Both the position numbers and the translations under genes were made by a program. DNA of 54,279 nucleotides from a virus (Duplodnaviria; Caudoviricetes): positions 1 to 54,279 of the IMG/VR virus record IMGVR_UViG_3300049892_000052; one strand, written 5' to 3'. Below, piece by piece: positions 19,179-28,993 of the stretch (positions are counted from its first letter, which is position 1; every line of letters starts with the position of its first letter). The notes below the pieces were generated by a model that was not told the origin of the DNA, did no database searches, and saw only the letters and a list, made by a program, of their open reading frames with translations.

Positions 19179-22100
19179 TTACTGCGGCGTGTCGTCCATC
19201 TTCGTGGTGATAGAGAAGTCTGCATATTCGACCCCGACATGGAGGGTGCAGGTGACTTGGGTGCTAAAGTTCGGCGAACTCAGCATTTCCACGTATACCG
19301 TATCACCCGGATTGACGGTGCTGGGGCCATACTGCCATGCTCCAAAGTTGATGCGATATTCCGAGGTGTTGTTCACGTCGCGGTCCATGCTGATGGCCAC
19401 AGGCTGGTCGATGCCCGTTACTGTCATCTGATCTCCATACGTCGTAGACAGCTCAGCGTCAACAACTGGCGTAAAGGAGAATATATCGGGGTCCTGGTCC
19501 GACGGCGACGCACTTGGACTCGTGCTGGCGGAATCGGATGGAGAATCCGACGCGGATTCAGACGCGGACTCACTAGCGGACTGCGACGCACTAACCGACG
19601 CGGACGGCGACTTGCTCAAACTAATGCTCGCCGACGGGCTGATAGAGCTTGAGGGGCTCGTGGTCGCGCTGGCGGACGCCGACGGGCTCACGCTGCTTGA
19701 CGGACTCTGGCTGCCAGAGGGGGATACGCTGAGCGATGACGAATGTGACGGACTGACTGACGCCGACGGACTCTGACTAATAGATGCGCTGCTCGACGGA
19801 CTCTTGCTCGCCGAGAGGGATGCTGATGGGCTCTTGCTGAGGGAGACTGACGACCCTTCAGGAATGCCACTCGGACTTGGACTGTCGGACGCAGACGGAC
19901 TCACGCTGCTTGACGGACTCTTACTGGCGGACCCAGAGGCGCTGGTGGACGCACTGGGGCTAACGGAACTTGATGGGCTCTGGCTCGCCGATTTCGATGC
20001 ACTGGGCGACACGCTCGGAGAGTCCGACGCGCTCGGCGACAGACTCGGCGACGGGGACATGACGTAATGGTTCCATACAGGGTCTATCGTGATGAATGGT
20101 TGTAGAGCGCCCGTCGCGGTGGACCCGTCTAGCACTTCCACGAATCGACCAATGAGCTTGAACCCCGCTGGATGGATCAATTTCTTGAAGAGAGCTTCAT
20201 AGCGGGAGAACGATTCACCCACACGCACCATGTAAGTGTAGTCGTTGTAGGTGTCCGCGTCTTGCAATACTTTGTCCGCACTGAGGAAGCTGTCTGTCGT
20301 GAGGAAGCGCCCGGGATATTGACTCTGCGCGCCCAAGACGGCTGTGGCTTCCACGTCGTCCCCTTGGTGGATGACGGTGATGCCGATTTGGTTCGCGTTG
20401 TTGTATCCGACTCCCGAGTTGGTCACTTCAATCTTCGTGACCTGTCCTGCCGAGGACGACACGGAGAGATTGGCGGCCGTAAAGAGGTCCACGTTGCCGC
20501 CAGAGTCTACAATGATCCCGCCGGAGGACAGGTGCTGAATGGCTTGGGCGCGAGCATCGAGTCCGTCCGCTTGCACGAGAGGCGTCTGACGATAGTTCTG
20601 CCCTGGTGCGGTAATCGTGACTTGTCGAATCTTTCCGTAGGCTCGATTGCTTTGCACATCGACATTCGCCACCAGCGCAGTGGAAATGAGGCTGAACGCG
20701 ACATTGCTGGCCCCACCAACATTCGCTCGGGCCGTGAGATACGTGTTGTTCGTGACCCCACGGACGACAAACTGCACGCCGGACGACAGCCGCACATGAG
20801 CACCCGGGCGCAGGGTGTCCGAGAACAATGTCCCGATACCGGTAATGACGGCGGACCCGTTGCTCGTCATCGTTCCCAATTGCGGAACGCCCGTACCGTC
20901 GGCCTTCACGGTCGTCCCGACAACAACCGTGCCCGTCAAGTCCCGCAGAAAGAGTGTATTCGACGCAGAGACAATGACGTTCGCTTTGACGCCTGCCGTC
21001 GTTTTCGTCGTCACCAAGTCGTAGGGGCCGGTCAACTGAAAGACGCCATCGCCGTTCGCAAACGTCGTGGGCGTCGTGGGGATGACCAACACCGCGGCAT
21101 TCGCTAATGCCACAGTGGATTCGTCCGGGGCCGTGAACACCCACGGGTGCATGAAGGGCGCTTGTTCTGTGGCGGACAACATTGTGGAGAGGACGCCCGA
21201 CGTCAAATTCATGACGGGTAGCCCCGTATTGGCGTTGGGCCCAATGATGGCTTCCCAGCCGACTTGTGCGCCATAGCTCGCGACGTCAATTTGCCACGAA
21301 GGGGGTGTCACGAACGGCTCAATCGTGAGCAGGAGACCAAACGTGAACTGGTCTTCCATAATCACGTAGGACAGCTCGCGACTGGGCTGCTTTTCCGTGA
21401 GGAAGAACTCGGGGGCGTTCAACTCACTGGATTCGAGCAAGAGATTGTTGATGACTTGACTGACGTGAGCCGCGGCGCCGCTGCCGGTCGAACTGATGAA
21501 GGTAACGGCGGTATTCGTGATGTAGCCCGCGCCGCCGTCATTGACGTAGATGCGGGAGATCGCTTCATCGCCCACGGCGGCGACTCGTCCGGTGGCGCCG
21601 TAGCCCCCGCCCTGTCCGGGGCCTTGTGTGAAAACAACCGTATCACCAATCGCGCAATTGCTCCCCCCATTTTGAATTGTCACGCCGACGACGACACCCA
21701 GGACTTCTGTATGGATGACCGTATCGCTGTCGATGTTGTAGAGGTCTTGTCCGGGGGTGAACGTCCCGACGATATTATCTGGCTTCAGGACCAGTTCGTT
21801 GACAACCAGATAGTCCCCGAAGGCGCGCCCATAGATGTTCGTGGTGACACTTTCAACTTCCGCTTGTCCCGTGGACGTGACGATGCGTTGCCCGAGATAA
21901 TACGTTTCGACGTCGCCGTTGGGTTCGCCATTCGTGGGAACCCCAACTTTGATCGTCGTCGGCGCGTACCAATGGGCATCGGACGCTCGCAGCACGTCTT
22001 CGCGGGGGAAGTGGACGTTAGCTTCTTCATCGAAGACCGTGCGGAAGAACCAGCGGACGGCATCGACCGTGCCCTTTTCCTGATAGAACTGACGCAGAGA

Positions 22101-22451
22101 ACGCACGAACAGATCGACGGGAATGTGAGTACGCTGTGGCCAATTCTTCGCATACATCTGAAGGAAGTGCGGCCGGAACTCGTCCAGCGTCGAGCAGACG
22201 TCGCGGTATTCCAACAGCTTTCGCGCTTCATACGCGGGGCCACCCAGTTCCGTGGTGGTCAGCACGGTATTGTTCGCTTCGCTGCCGTAGTCGGGCGTGA
22301 CGGTGGTTTCCGTTAGGGCGCGCTTCTGTTCAAGGAACTGGAGGAAGCTGATACAGAATCGGACAAACAGCGGGTACTCCGACTCTACGAAGTCGGGAAA
22401 CGCCTTTTGGATGACGTTGTAGAGGGATTGTCCGTCCTGATAGGGTCGCAT
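19179..22451 (-). CDS. gp7: Baseplate wedge initiator gp7-like, with C-terminal Ser stalk and Ig-like domain
   Basis: [18 protein letters not shown]...[20 protein letters not shown], followed by about 180 aa of SxSxSP and a DPDIFSF domain. Confidence 0.85.
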   Translation of the reverse strand: MRPYQDGQSLYNVIQKAFPDFVESEYPLFVRFCISFLQFLEQKRALTETTVTPDYGSEANNTVLTTTELGGPAYEARKLLEYRDVCSTLDEFRPHFLQMYAKNWPQRTHIPVDLFVRSLRQFYQEKGTVDAVRWFFRTVFDEEANVHFPREDVLRASDAHWYAPTTIKVGVPTNGEPNGDVETYYLGQRIVTSTGQAEVESVTTNIYGRAFGDYLVVNELVLKPDNIVGTFTPGQDLYNIDSDTVIHTEVLGVVVGVTIQNGGSNCAIGDTVVFTQGPGQGGGYGATGRVAAVGDEAISRIYVNDGGAGYITNTAVTFISSTGSGAAAHVSQVINNLLLESSELNAPEFFLTEKQPSRELSYVIMEDQFTFGLLLTIEPFVTPPSWQIDVASYGAQVGWEAIIGPNANTGLPVMNLTSGVLSTMLSATEQAPFMHPWVFTAPDESTVALANAAVLVIPTTPTTFANGDGVFQLTGPYDLVTTKTTAGVKANVIVSASNTLFLRDLTGTVVVGTTVKADGTGVPQLGTMTSNGSAVITGIGTLFSDTLRPGAHVRLSSGVQFVVRGVTNNTYLTARANVGGASNVAFSLISTALVANVDVQSNRAYGKIRQVTITAPGQNYRQTPLVQADGLDARAQAIQHLSSGGIIVDSGGNVDLFTAANLSVSSSAGQVTKIEVTNSGVGYNNANQIGITVIHQGDDVEATAVLGAQSQYPGRFLTTDSFLSADKVLQDADTYNDYTYMVRVGESFSRYEALFKKLIHPAGFKLIGRFVEVLDGSTATGALQPFITIDPVWNHYVMSPSPSLSPSASDSPSVSPSASKSASQSPSSSVSPSASTSASGSASKSPSSSVSPSASDSPSPSGIPEGSSVSLSKSPSASLSASKSPSSSASISQSPSASVSPSHSSSLSVSPSGSQSPSSSVSPSASASATTSPSSSISPSASISLSKSPSASVSASQSASESASESASDSPSDSASTSPSASPSDQDPDIFSFTPVVDAELSTTYGDQMTVTGIDQPVAISMDRDVNNTSEYRINFGAWQYGPSTVNPGDTVYVEMLSSPNFSTQVTCTLHVGVEYADFSITTKMDDTPQ

Positions 22452-24383
22452 TTAGAAAAGTATCCCCCCGGTGAAGAACGTCGTCTGTTCAGCGGGTGTG
22501 GCCGTCAACACATTGAGCAACTGGATGCTGACCCCTTGGTCGTCAATGGTATAAAGCTGGTTGAGTCGCGGCGTGAAGTCGTTCTGCACGGGCAACACGC
22601 GCACTCGCACATCTAATGACCCCGAGATGGCTGTGGGCGCGAAGTTGTCGAACGTCACGAGACCCGTGTCCGCGTCAAACGTTCCGATGTTCGTCTTGAA
22701 GATTTCGACCGCGCCATCCGTGTTGCGGAATGCGACGTGGATGATTCCACCCCACTCGTAGAGGAAGCACTGTTCTTGCACGTCCCCCACGTCGTTGGTA
22801 TACGTGAACGGATGGTCGATGGCCAAGAGAATGGCGGATTCGTTGGCCGGAACAATCGACCCTTCGACAATCTGTTGGCGGGACGTGCGCTGCGGGACGC
22901 GCAGTTCGCAATTGAATTTCAGGACGAACTGGTTGGATTCACCCAAGACCGGGTAGATGCGCTTCTCCAAGTCAATCTGTGTGACACTGCTGACGATGGA
23001 AGGGTCGGCCGCGTCGATGACCGTCGTGAAGCGAGAGTAGTAGAACACGTTGTCGAATTTCTCTACGTTGTCCCGTGTGTAGTCAAGGATCGCCGTTTCG
23101 ATGGCGTCGGACAGTTCTGGGCGGGTCAGGGTCGTCAGGCGCGGGTCATACTTGACGGACGTCTTGACGTTCATGAACACGTAGTCGGGGTCGATCACTT
23201 GCGGAATGGTCCCGACAATAGCGCGGGGCTTCAGCACCAGTTGTTCGATGTTTTTGCGGAATGTCGATGTGAAATGCAGCCCGATCTTGGGCTTCAGCGC
23301 CACAAACACGCGCCCATAGAGCGGACGATTGGCGGGATCGGCGGGATCACCCTGTTCGCCCCCAAAGACCGTGAGGGCCGCGATTTGGTCCCCATACGCA
23401 TCGAGAATGACGGCTTTGTAGTCCTCTGTCGTCACGCAGCGATTCTGCGCTTGATAGACGAGTGGCGCCATGAGTCGGATTTCTTCCAAAGTTTCGGGGT
23501 CCGTCCCACCCATACTGGCGACGGTGTTCGCATCGGGATCGGCCGTGAAGCCCTGTTCGAAGTTCGCAATGCTGTCCGTCGAGAAACGGAAGGGGCCGCG
23601 CACATTGTTTCCACTGGTCCCCCGACTAATGAGACTGGATGAATAGATGATGTCACCGTCCTGCAACGCTTTGCCGACCACGTCGTTTCCAAATTTGAGT
23701 TCGGGATACCCGTCGTAAGCCTCTTGCACAAAGAACACCGGATCGGTGTTAGAGAGGGTGATCAGACTGGACGCGGGAAGGAATACGGTGTTGTCCCCAC
23801 CGGACTGCACGATGACGGAGATGGTGCTATAGTCCACGTTCGCATTCGGGATGACGAACCGTTGCGTGGGATTGGTCAAGTCGACCGTGAACTGGTAATC
23901 CACAGGCGACCCTTCTACCAATTCGACGCCGACCGCGGTATATTGCGCCATGCTATCCACGTTTTGGTAGAATTCCGTGTCCGTCAATGTGTAGAACGTC
24001 AGATTGGGGTCCGCTGGCAACGTAAAGAGCGTCCGTCGTGGGAGCGTCACCGCAGCGGGGCTGGTGTTGGACAACTCCAACGTCGCGTCTGCATAGTATC
24101 GTGCGCCCTGCGTCCCGTGAGCGTCATAGCCGAGCATTCTAGCGTGACTCACAACGGACGAGCGTAGCTGGGCCGTGTCTAAGAATGCCTCGTTGATGGA
24201 TGCGGAGAGATAGTAGTTCTGGTAGAATACCACATACGCGAGAACACGCGAGAGCAAGCGGAGGCCGCTACCGGCAAAGTCGTAGTCCGCGAACGCCGGA
24301 TCGGTTTTCATGAACGCGACCAAATTGGTCAAAATCTGGTCGTAGTCGAGTTCGGCGATCCGAATCTGAGTAGGCACAGCCAT
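22452..24383 (-). CDS. gp6: Baseplate wedge subunit gp6
   Basis: ELDYDQI, DYDFAGSGL, EAFLDTAQLRSSVVSHARMLGY, AQNRCVTTEDY. Confidence 0.93.
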   Translation of the reverse strand: MAVPTQIRIAELDYDQILTNLVAFMKTDPAFADYDFAGSGLRLLSRVLAYVVFYQNYYLSASINEAFLDTAQLRSSVVSHARMLGYDAHGTQGARYYADATLELSNTSPAAVTLPRRTLFTLPADPNLTFYTLTDTEFYQNVDSMAQYTAVGVELVEGSPVDYQFTVDLTNPTQRFVIPNANVDYSTISVIVQSGGDNTVFLPASSLITLSNTDPVFFVQEAYDGYPELKFGNDVVGKALQDGDIIYSSSLISRGTSGNNVRGPFRFSTDSIANFEQGFTADPDANTVASMGGTDPETLEEIRLMAPLVYQAQNRCVTTEDYKAVILDAYGDQIAALTVFGGEQGDPADPANRPLYGRVFVALKPKIGLHFTSTFRKNIEQLVLKPRAIVGTIPQVIDPDYVFMNVKTSVKYDPRLTTLTRPELSDAIETAILDYTRDNVEKFDNVFYYSRFTTVIDAADPSIVSSVTQIDLEKRIYPVLGESNQFVLKFNCELRVPQRTSRQQIVEGSIVPANESAILLAIDHPFTYTNDVGDVQEQCFLYEWGGIIHVAFRNTDGAVEIFKTNIGTFDADTGLVTFDNFAPTAISGSLDVRVRVLPVQNDFTPRLNQLYTIDDQGVSIQLLNVLTATPAEQTTFFTGGILF

Positions 24384-24398
24384 AGGAATACTCTCGGG

Positions 24399-24803
24399 TT
24401 AGCGAAGGCGCTTCAGGAACACCGTCAACGTGACAGGTTCAGGAACGTTTCGCATGATAAACGTCAGATCGATTTGAAACTGAAGTTCGTCGGGTGTCGG
24501 GGTGATGACGAGCTTCGCAATCTCCACGCGCGGCTCAAAGGCCGCTAGAGTCGCCCGAATTGTGCTGTCCAAGCTCGTAATGGTGATGGGGTCGATAGGT
24601 TCAAAGAGGAGATGGTGCAGCGTCGTCCCATACGTGGGGAAAAACGGAACTTCCCCCACCATCGTATACAGGAGGTTCTTCACGGAGCGTTTGACCGCAT
24701 CTGCACCCGTTACGGTCACGACGTCGCCAGTAACAGGATTCCGTCCCATCGTGAGCGACAGGTCCTTATATTCACGAACGCGGAGAAACTGGATATCTGC
24801 CAT
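24399..24803 (-). CDS. gp25: Baseplate wedge subunit gp25
   Basis: YKDLSL, AVKRSVKNL, GEVPFFPTYG, FEPRV, LKRLR. Confidence 0.93.
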   Translation of the reverse strand: MADIQFLRVREYKDLSLTMGRNPVTGDVVTVTGADAVKRSVKNLLYTMVGEVPFFPTYGTTLHHLLFEPIDPITITSLDSTIRATLAAFEPRVEIAKLVITPTPDELQFQIDLTFIMRNVPEPVTLTVFLKRLR

Positions 24804-24809
24804 TCGATG

Positions 24810-24816
24810 TATTTAT
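24810..24816 (-). promoter_or_regulatory. Late promoter ATAAATA, 6 nt before the gp25 ATG
   Basis: ataaata catcga ATG. Confidence 0.7.
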
Positions 24817-24831
24817 CTCCGCCGTCGAAGG

Positions 24832-26817
24832 TTAGGTTCCGCTTGACGGCAACGCCAACGGAACGGGACAAGAATGCCACATCGTGCCATACTGCATCCC
24901 CGGATCAAGTGCCGGGACATAGAACTTCTGCGACACACGACCCGCTTCCGACCATGTCGGGTCGTAAGTGGGATTCGCCGGGATCGCTCTTGGGAACACG
25001 TTGTATACACAACCGTCCGCAAAGCACACTTGATGCGCGGAAAGCCGATACCCGTTGTAGTTGACGGCATCGGGATTGCTGCGGAACAGCGTGTGTAGTT
25101 CGACCGGGACGACCAGCAGGCCGCAGCCTTGGCTACGGAGTAGCCACGCCAATCGCAACACGAGTTGGAACCGCACTTGCGCGAACGTGAGTCCTGACGG
25201 GACGCGCACGTTGACACCCGTGCCGATACCCCACAGTTTGTCGTGGATGCACTGCGCGGTGGCTTGGAGATTGGCGTGCTTACCGCAGGTCGACCCCAGT
25301 CCCCCGAACAGTCCGCCTTCTTCCACGGACACGGGGTCGTCTGTATAGGACGTGATCACGGTGTTGCGATTCTGTCGGTCTTGTATCTTCTGCAACTCGC
25401 TCATGATCAACAGGTTCTGCTGTTCCTGGGCATACCGCTTGGCCGCAGCTTCCGTGGGGGTCTCCGGCGTAATCAACGCGAGCCCGGGAATAAAGACGTC
25501 CGCATAGTTCTTAGTGAGCACCTCCCCACGCAGCGCGTCCGGGGAGAATGACACATGAATCCACGGTCGTGTATTGCGGAAGTTGCTGAAGTTCAGGATG
25601 AGTTGGTCGAAGGCGAGATTATCCCGCATCCACTTCGCCATATCCAAAATCGCTTGGTCCGAGGCGCCGGGGATGGTGACGTCCACCGCTTCTCCGCGCT
25701 CATGCTGTCCGACGCCGCTGTTGACTTCGCGGAACCCGCTTTGCACGACCATGCCGGGGAATTGATCCTTCAGCGGCTGGAGAACATTCGTGGCGAGCAA
25801 GGACAGACGGTACAGAATGTCGTCCTCCAGCAGCCCCAGTTGTGGCTTAACGAGACTATCGCGCGGCGCGGCCTTCGGGGCCGGCGCGGTGTAGTCACCG
25901 GTGATATATACGCGGGACGTTGCCGAACCGTTGGATTCCGATCCGCCGCCCTTCCCGCCGTCAAGGCGACTAAACGACTGGCGCTTGGCCGTGATATCCA
26001 CATCGAAGCGACGGAAGTCTTCGGGATTCTCACGAATATGGTTCGATCCGACGACGCGAATCTTCCCATTCCATTCACACGCATCCCACCAGAACATGTT
26101 TCCGGTCGTGTCGAGTGTGTACCCTTCCAGTTCGTCGTAGGGATGCACGACGAGCCCGTAGTCATTCGACCAATACACAATCCAGTGTTCGTTGTTGACG
26201 ACGATGCGCTTCCCACCGAGATTGCCGGACAATGAGACACTGGGGATGCGGCAGTTCATCCCTTTGAACACCCCGTCATGGACCCATATCACGGACGTCG
26301 GGCCGAGGACTTGCATACTGTAGAAGATACCCGGATCGTCTGAGGGGACTTCCGTGATACGTCCGTCCGGCGCATAGAGCGTCATGCCCACGCCATCGGG
26401 CGCGTAGGGGACGAGCCCAATGGTGCCGTCCCATGACATGCAGTTTCGCGTCGCCCCGGAATGCCGACTCTTGAGCGATCCCATGCACGCCCAACCCCCG
26501 CCGCCCGTGCGGTCCAGTTCTTTAGGCGTGTAGGTGACCCAGCGATTGCCGCCGGCCGCTTGCGCGCCCATCAGACGCACTTCAGGGATGGAGTTCGTCA
26601 TTTCTTCCAACGTGCCTGTTGGGAGATGATACGACCACATCGTGAGTTCTTTGTACTTCCCTGTGCCGGACCCGTAGTCGCCGCGCCCAAAGATGACCGT
26701 ATCCTTGTTCAGCCAGCACGCGCCGGCGCCCATATCAAATATCTCACGGCCATCGACGGCTAGTGGGCCGTTGACGGTGCAACCGAGAGCTTCACCAGTT
26801 TCAGGATTGAGTCTCAT
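24832..26817 (-). CDS. Multidomain protein with a peptidase M15 (Zn D-Ala-D-Ala-type) domain; gp5-associated cell-wall hydrolase
   Basis: NVLQPL...SGFR...QHERGEAVD...FDQLIL...WIHVSF. Trp/Gly-rich N-terminal region and an extra C-terminal domain. Confidence 0.8.
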   Translation of the reverse strand: MRLNPETGEALGCTVNGPLAVDGREIFDMGAGACWLNKDTVIFGRGDYGSGTGKYKELTMWSYHLPTGTLEEMTNSIPEVRLMGAQAAGGNRWVTYTPKELDRTGGGGWACMGSLKSRHSGATRNCMSWDGTIGLVPYAPDGVGMTLYAPDGRITEVPSDDPGIFYSMQVLGPTSVIWVHDGVFKGMNCRIPSVSLSGNLGGKRIVVNNEHWIVYWSNDYGLVVHPYDELEGYTLDTTGNMFWWDACEWNGKIRVVGSNHIRENPEDFRRFDVDITAKRQSFSRLDGGKGGGSESNGSATSRVYITGDYTAPAPKAAPRDSLVKPQLGLLEDDILYRLSLLATNVLQPLKDQFPGMVVQSGFREVNSGVGQHERGEAVDVTIPGASDQAILDMAKWMRDNLAFDQLILNFSNFRNTRPWIHVSFSPDALRGEVLTKNYADVFIPGLALITPETPTEAAAKRYAQEQQNLLIMSELQKIQDRQNRNTVITSYTDDPVSVEEGGLFGGLGSTCGKHANLQATAQCIHDKLWGIGTGVNVRVPSGLTFAQVRFQLVLRLAWLLRSQGCGLLVVPVELHTLFRSNPDAVNYNGYRLSAHQVCFADGCVYNVFPRAIPANPTYDPTWSEAGRVSQKFYVPALDPGMQYGTMWHSCPVPLALPSSGT

Positions 26818-28679
26818 GCGGGCAACACTCCACGTTCATTGTCCTCAAAGATCGGGCCGACGGGAGGTTTTCCCAAGTCCGCAGGATCGGTGACGACGGG
26901 TTCATAAATCGTTGGCTTCGCTTCCGGTTGGAGCGGGGCCACAATGTCGGGATACAGCGCCAAGTCCACGAGATCGCGTAGGACAAACGACGTATTCCCC
27001 AACGGATAGTCTTCGGTGTAGATAAACGTTCCCTTGTAGTCCGCGAAGTCCAAGTAGTCGGGTGCAACGGCATTCGTCGCCGGAGTTTCATCAATATTCT
27101 GGGCGTTGCCTGGGAGTTCGCGAGGATCGCCATCTCCCAAATCGCCCAACGCGGTTTGATTCCCGATGTGTGCGGTGTATTGTTCGAAGTTTTCCACTTC
27201 CTCTGGTGCGTCAAACAGGAACGCTCGATAGTTGGTCGCGGGGAACGTTTGCTTGCTGTAGACCGCAGGGTTGGACAGGGGAGACTCCGCCGGCGCGACG
27301 GTTTGGGCGGGCGTCAAGGCCGTGGCCGACGAGACGGTCCGAGCTTGCGTCGCGGGGTCCATACGTTGAATTTCGTTGAGCATCCCCGAGAAGTCGGTTG
27401 ACGGGAAATCCATCGCCATGGCCGCCATATTCAACATGGGCACCATCTGCGGCGGGCCCGCGACGCCCATATTGACAATCGCGAAGGGGGTGGGGAGCTT
27501 CACGTATCGAAGGTCGATCTTCAGCCCGTCCAGTTTGGCCTTCTGCTTCGCTCGCAGATTGATGTTCTTGGCATGAACGTTGAAGTCCTTCTTCGTGTTG
27601 AAGTTGATGTCCCCATCACTCTGCACGTTGACGTCGCCCTTCGAATGAATCGTCGTCTTCCCATCGACCGCAATGTGGCAGTTCCCCGACACTTTGATGA
27701 ACTGGTTGCTCATCGTAATGAGATACCCGTCCTTCATGTTCTTGTAGACAACCGTCCCGTTCGGGTGCATTTCAATGAACGACCCCGACCGATGGAACAG
27801 ATGGACGCGCTCCGCGCCCGGCGTATCGTCAAGTTCGAACGCATGCCCAGAGTCCGTCACTTGCGCGTTGTTATAAGGAGCCCGAGCCGCATAGGCCGAC
27901 GGGGGTTCGCTCCACGTACTGCCAGACTTGCGGTCGGCAAATGTTTGGTTCAAGGTGGAGTTGAACGTGGACATGGATTTGACGTCTGCGAGCGACTTCA
28001 AACGACTCCACATACTGGGTTTGCCGGCCGCGATGGGCACGCCGGAGACCACGAACTTCGCTTTGTCACGGAGAATCGCATCTTGCTGGGCCGCGCTGCC
28101 ACCCACGGCGAGCCGCGACACGGTCGGCATATCCACATCCTTCGCCAGCGGATACGGCTTCCGGTTCATGTAGTTTTCTTTGATCATGACGCCGCTCATG
28201 ACCAAGTTGGACGCATTCTTCATGAGTTGCGCGGCCATCGTCTGAAGCTGCTTTCCGCGAGCGAGCAGCATATTCTGATACGCGGCGGATAGCTGCTTCC
28301 CGGGCGCAACAGCCGAGAACTCCGTCAACCCGAAGGGGGTAATGGCAGAGGCTCCAACGCCCACTTCCACACCCTTTGGGGTGACGTTGAATCGAATGTT
28401 TGCCACAGCTTCCGGCTTCATGGGGAAGCTCTTGACGGTCTGCTTGACAGAATCCGCCAAGTGCTTCGCTTCCATCCCGATGGCCATCGCCGACCCAATG
28501 AGTTCGCGGACAGCCCCCGTCAATTGGAGCGCGTTGTTGATGACGCCCGGCAGCGCCACACTGCCCCCGATGTCCAGACGGAGCGATCCGGCGCTGATAT
28601 TGACGCGGGACGCCGGGAGTCCCGGCGCGAGCATCAATTCTGCTTGGGAGCGAATGTCTTTGAAGCCATATTTGGGCAT
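26814..28679 (-). CDS. gp5: gp5 central spike, middle and C-terminal part (beta-helix)
   Basis: PYNNAQVTDSGHAFELDDTPGAERVHLFHRSGSFIEMHPNG, then 8-residue V.G repeats. Confidence 0.85.
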   Translation of the reverse strand: MPKYGFKDIRSQAELMLAPGLPASRVNISAGSLRLDIGGSVALPGVINNALQLTGAVRELIGSAMAIGMEAKHLADSVKQTVKSFPMKPEAVANIRFNVTPKGVEVGVGASAITPFGLTEFSAVAPGKQLSAAYQNMLLARGKQLQTMAAQLMKNASNLVMSGVMIKENYMNRKPYPLAKDVDMPTVSRLAVGGSAAQQDAILRDKAKFVVSGVPIAAGKPSMWSRLKSLADVKSMSTFNSTLNQTFADRKSGSTWSEPPSAYAARAPYNNAQVTDSGHAFELDDTPGAERVHLFHRSGSFIEMHPNGTVVYKNMKDGYLITMSNQFIKVSGNCHIAVDGKTTIHSKGDVNVQSDGDINFNTKKDFNVHAKNINLRAKQKAKLDGLKIDLRYVKLPTPFAIVNMGVAGPPQMVPMLNMAAMAMDFPSTDFSGMLNEIQRMDPATQARTVSSATALTPAQTVAPAESPLSNPAVYSKQTFPATNYRAFLFDAPEEVENFEQYTAHIGNQTALGDLGDGDPRELPGNAQNIDETPATNAVAPDYLDFADYKGTFIYTEDYPLGNTSFVLRDLVDLALYPDIVAPLQPEAKPTIYEPVVTDPADLGKPPVGPIFEDNERGVLPA

Positions 28680-28993
28680 TATGTTTGAGCCTGTGTAATC
28701 GCGGGCAGGACGCCGAGAATCATCGGCTGCTGCGCGAACTCTCCGTCAAGGAAGAAGCCAAAGACCCAATCTCCGCAATGGTAGTTGGGCATGTTCCGAG
28801 CATGAGTGACGGGCGCGATAGGATACGCCCACGGGAGGTCCGCCGTCGAGAGCTTCTCCGTGTCCCCCTCATGGCGGCCGATGATTCGCACTTTGGCCCG
28901 TCCGATGTTGAGGGGGTCTTCCATGTTCTCGATGACGCCCATGAACCACATGAAGCCGTCCATCCCGATTTGAAATGTATGTGCATCGGTCAT
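28679..28993 (-). CDS. gp5: gp5 N-terminal OB-fold as a stand-alone ORF
   Basis: WFMGVIENMEDPLNIGRAKVRIIG...LPWA...GDWVFGFFLDG..QQPMILG. Confidence 0.88.
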   Translation of the reverse strand: MTDAHTFQIGMDGFMWFMGVIENMEDPLNIGRAKVRIIGRHEGDTEKLSTADLPWAYPIAPVTHARNMPNYHCGDWVFGFFLDGEFAQQPMILGVLPAITQAQT

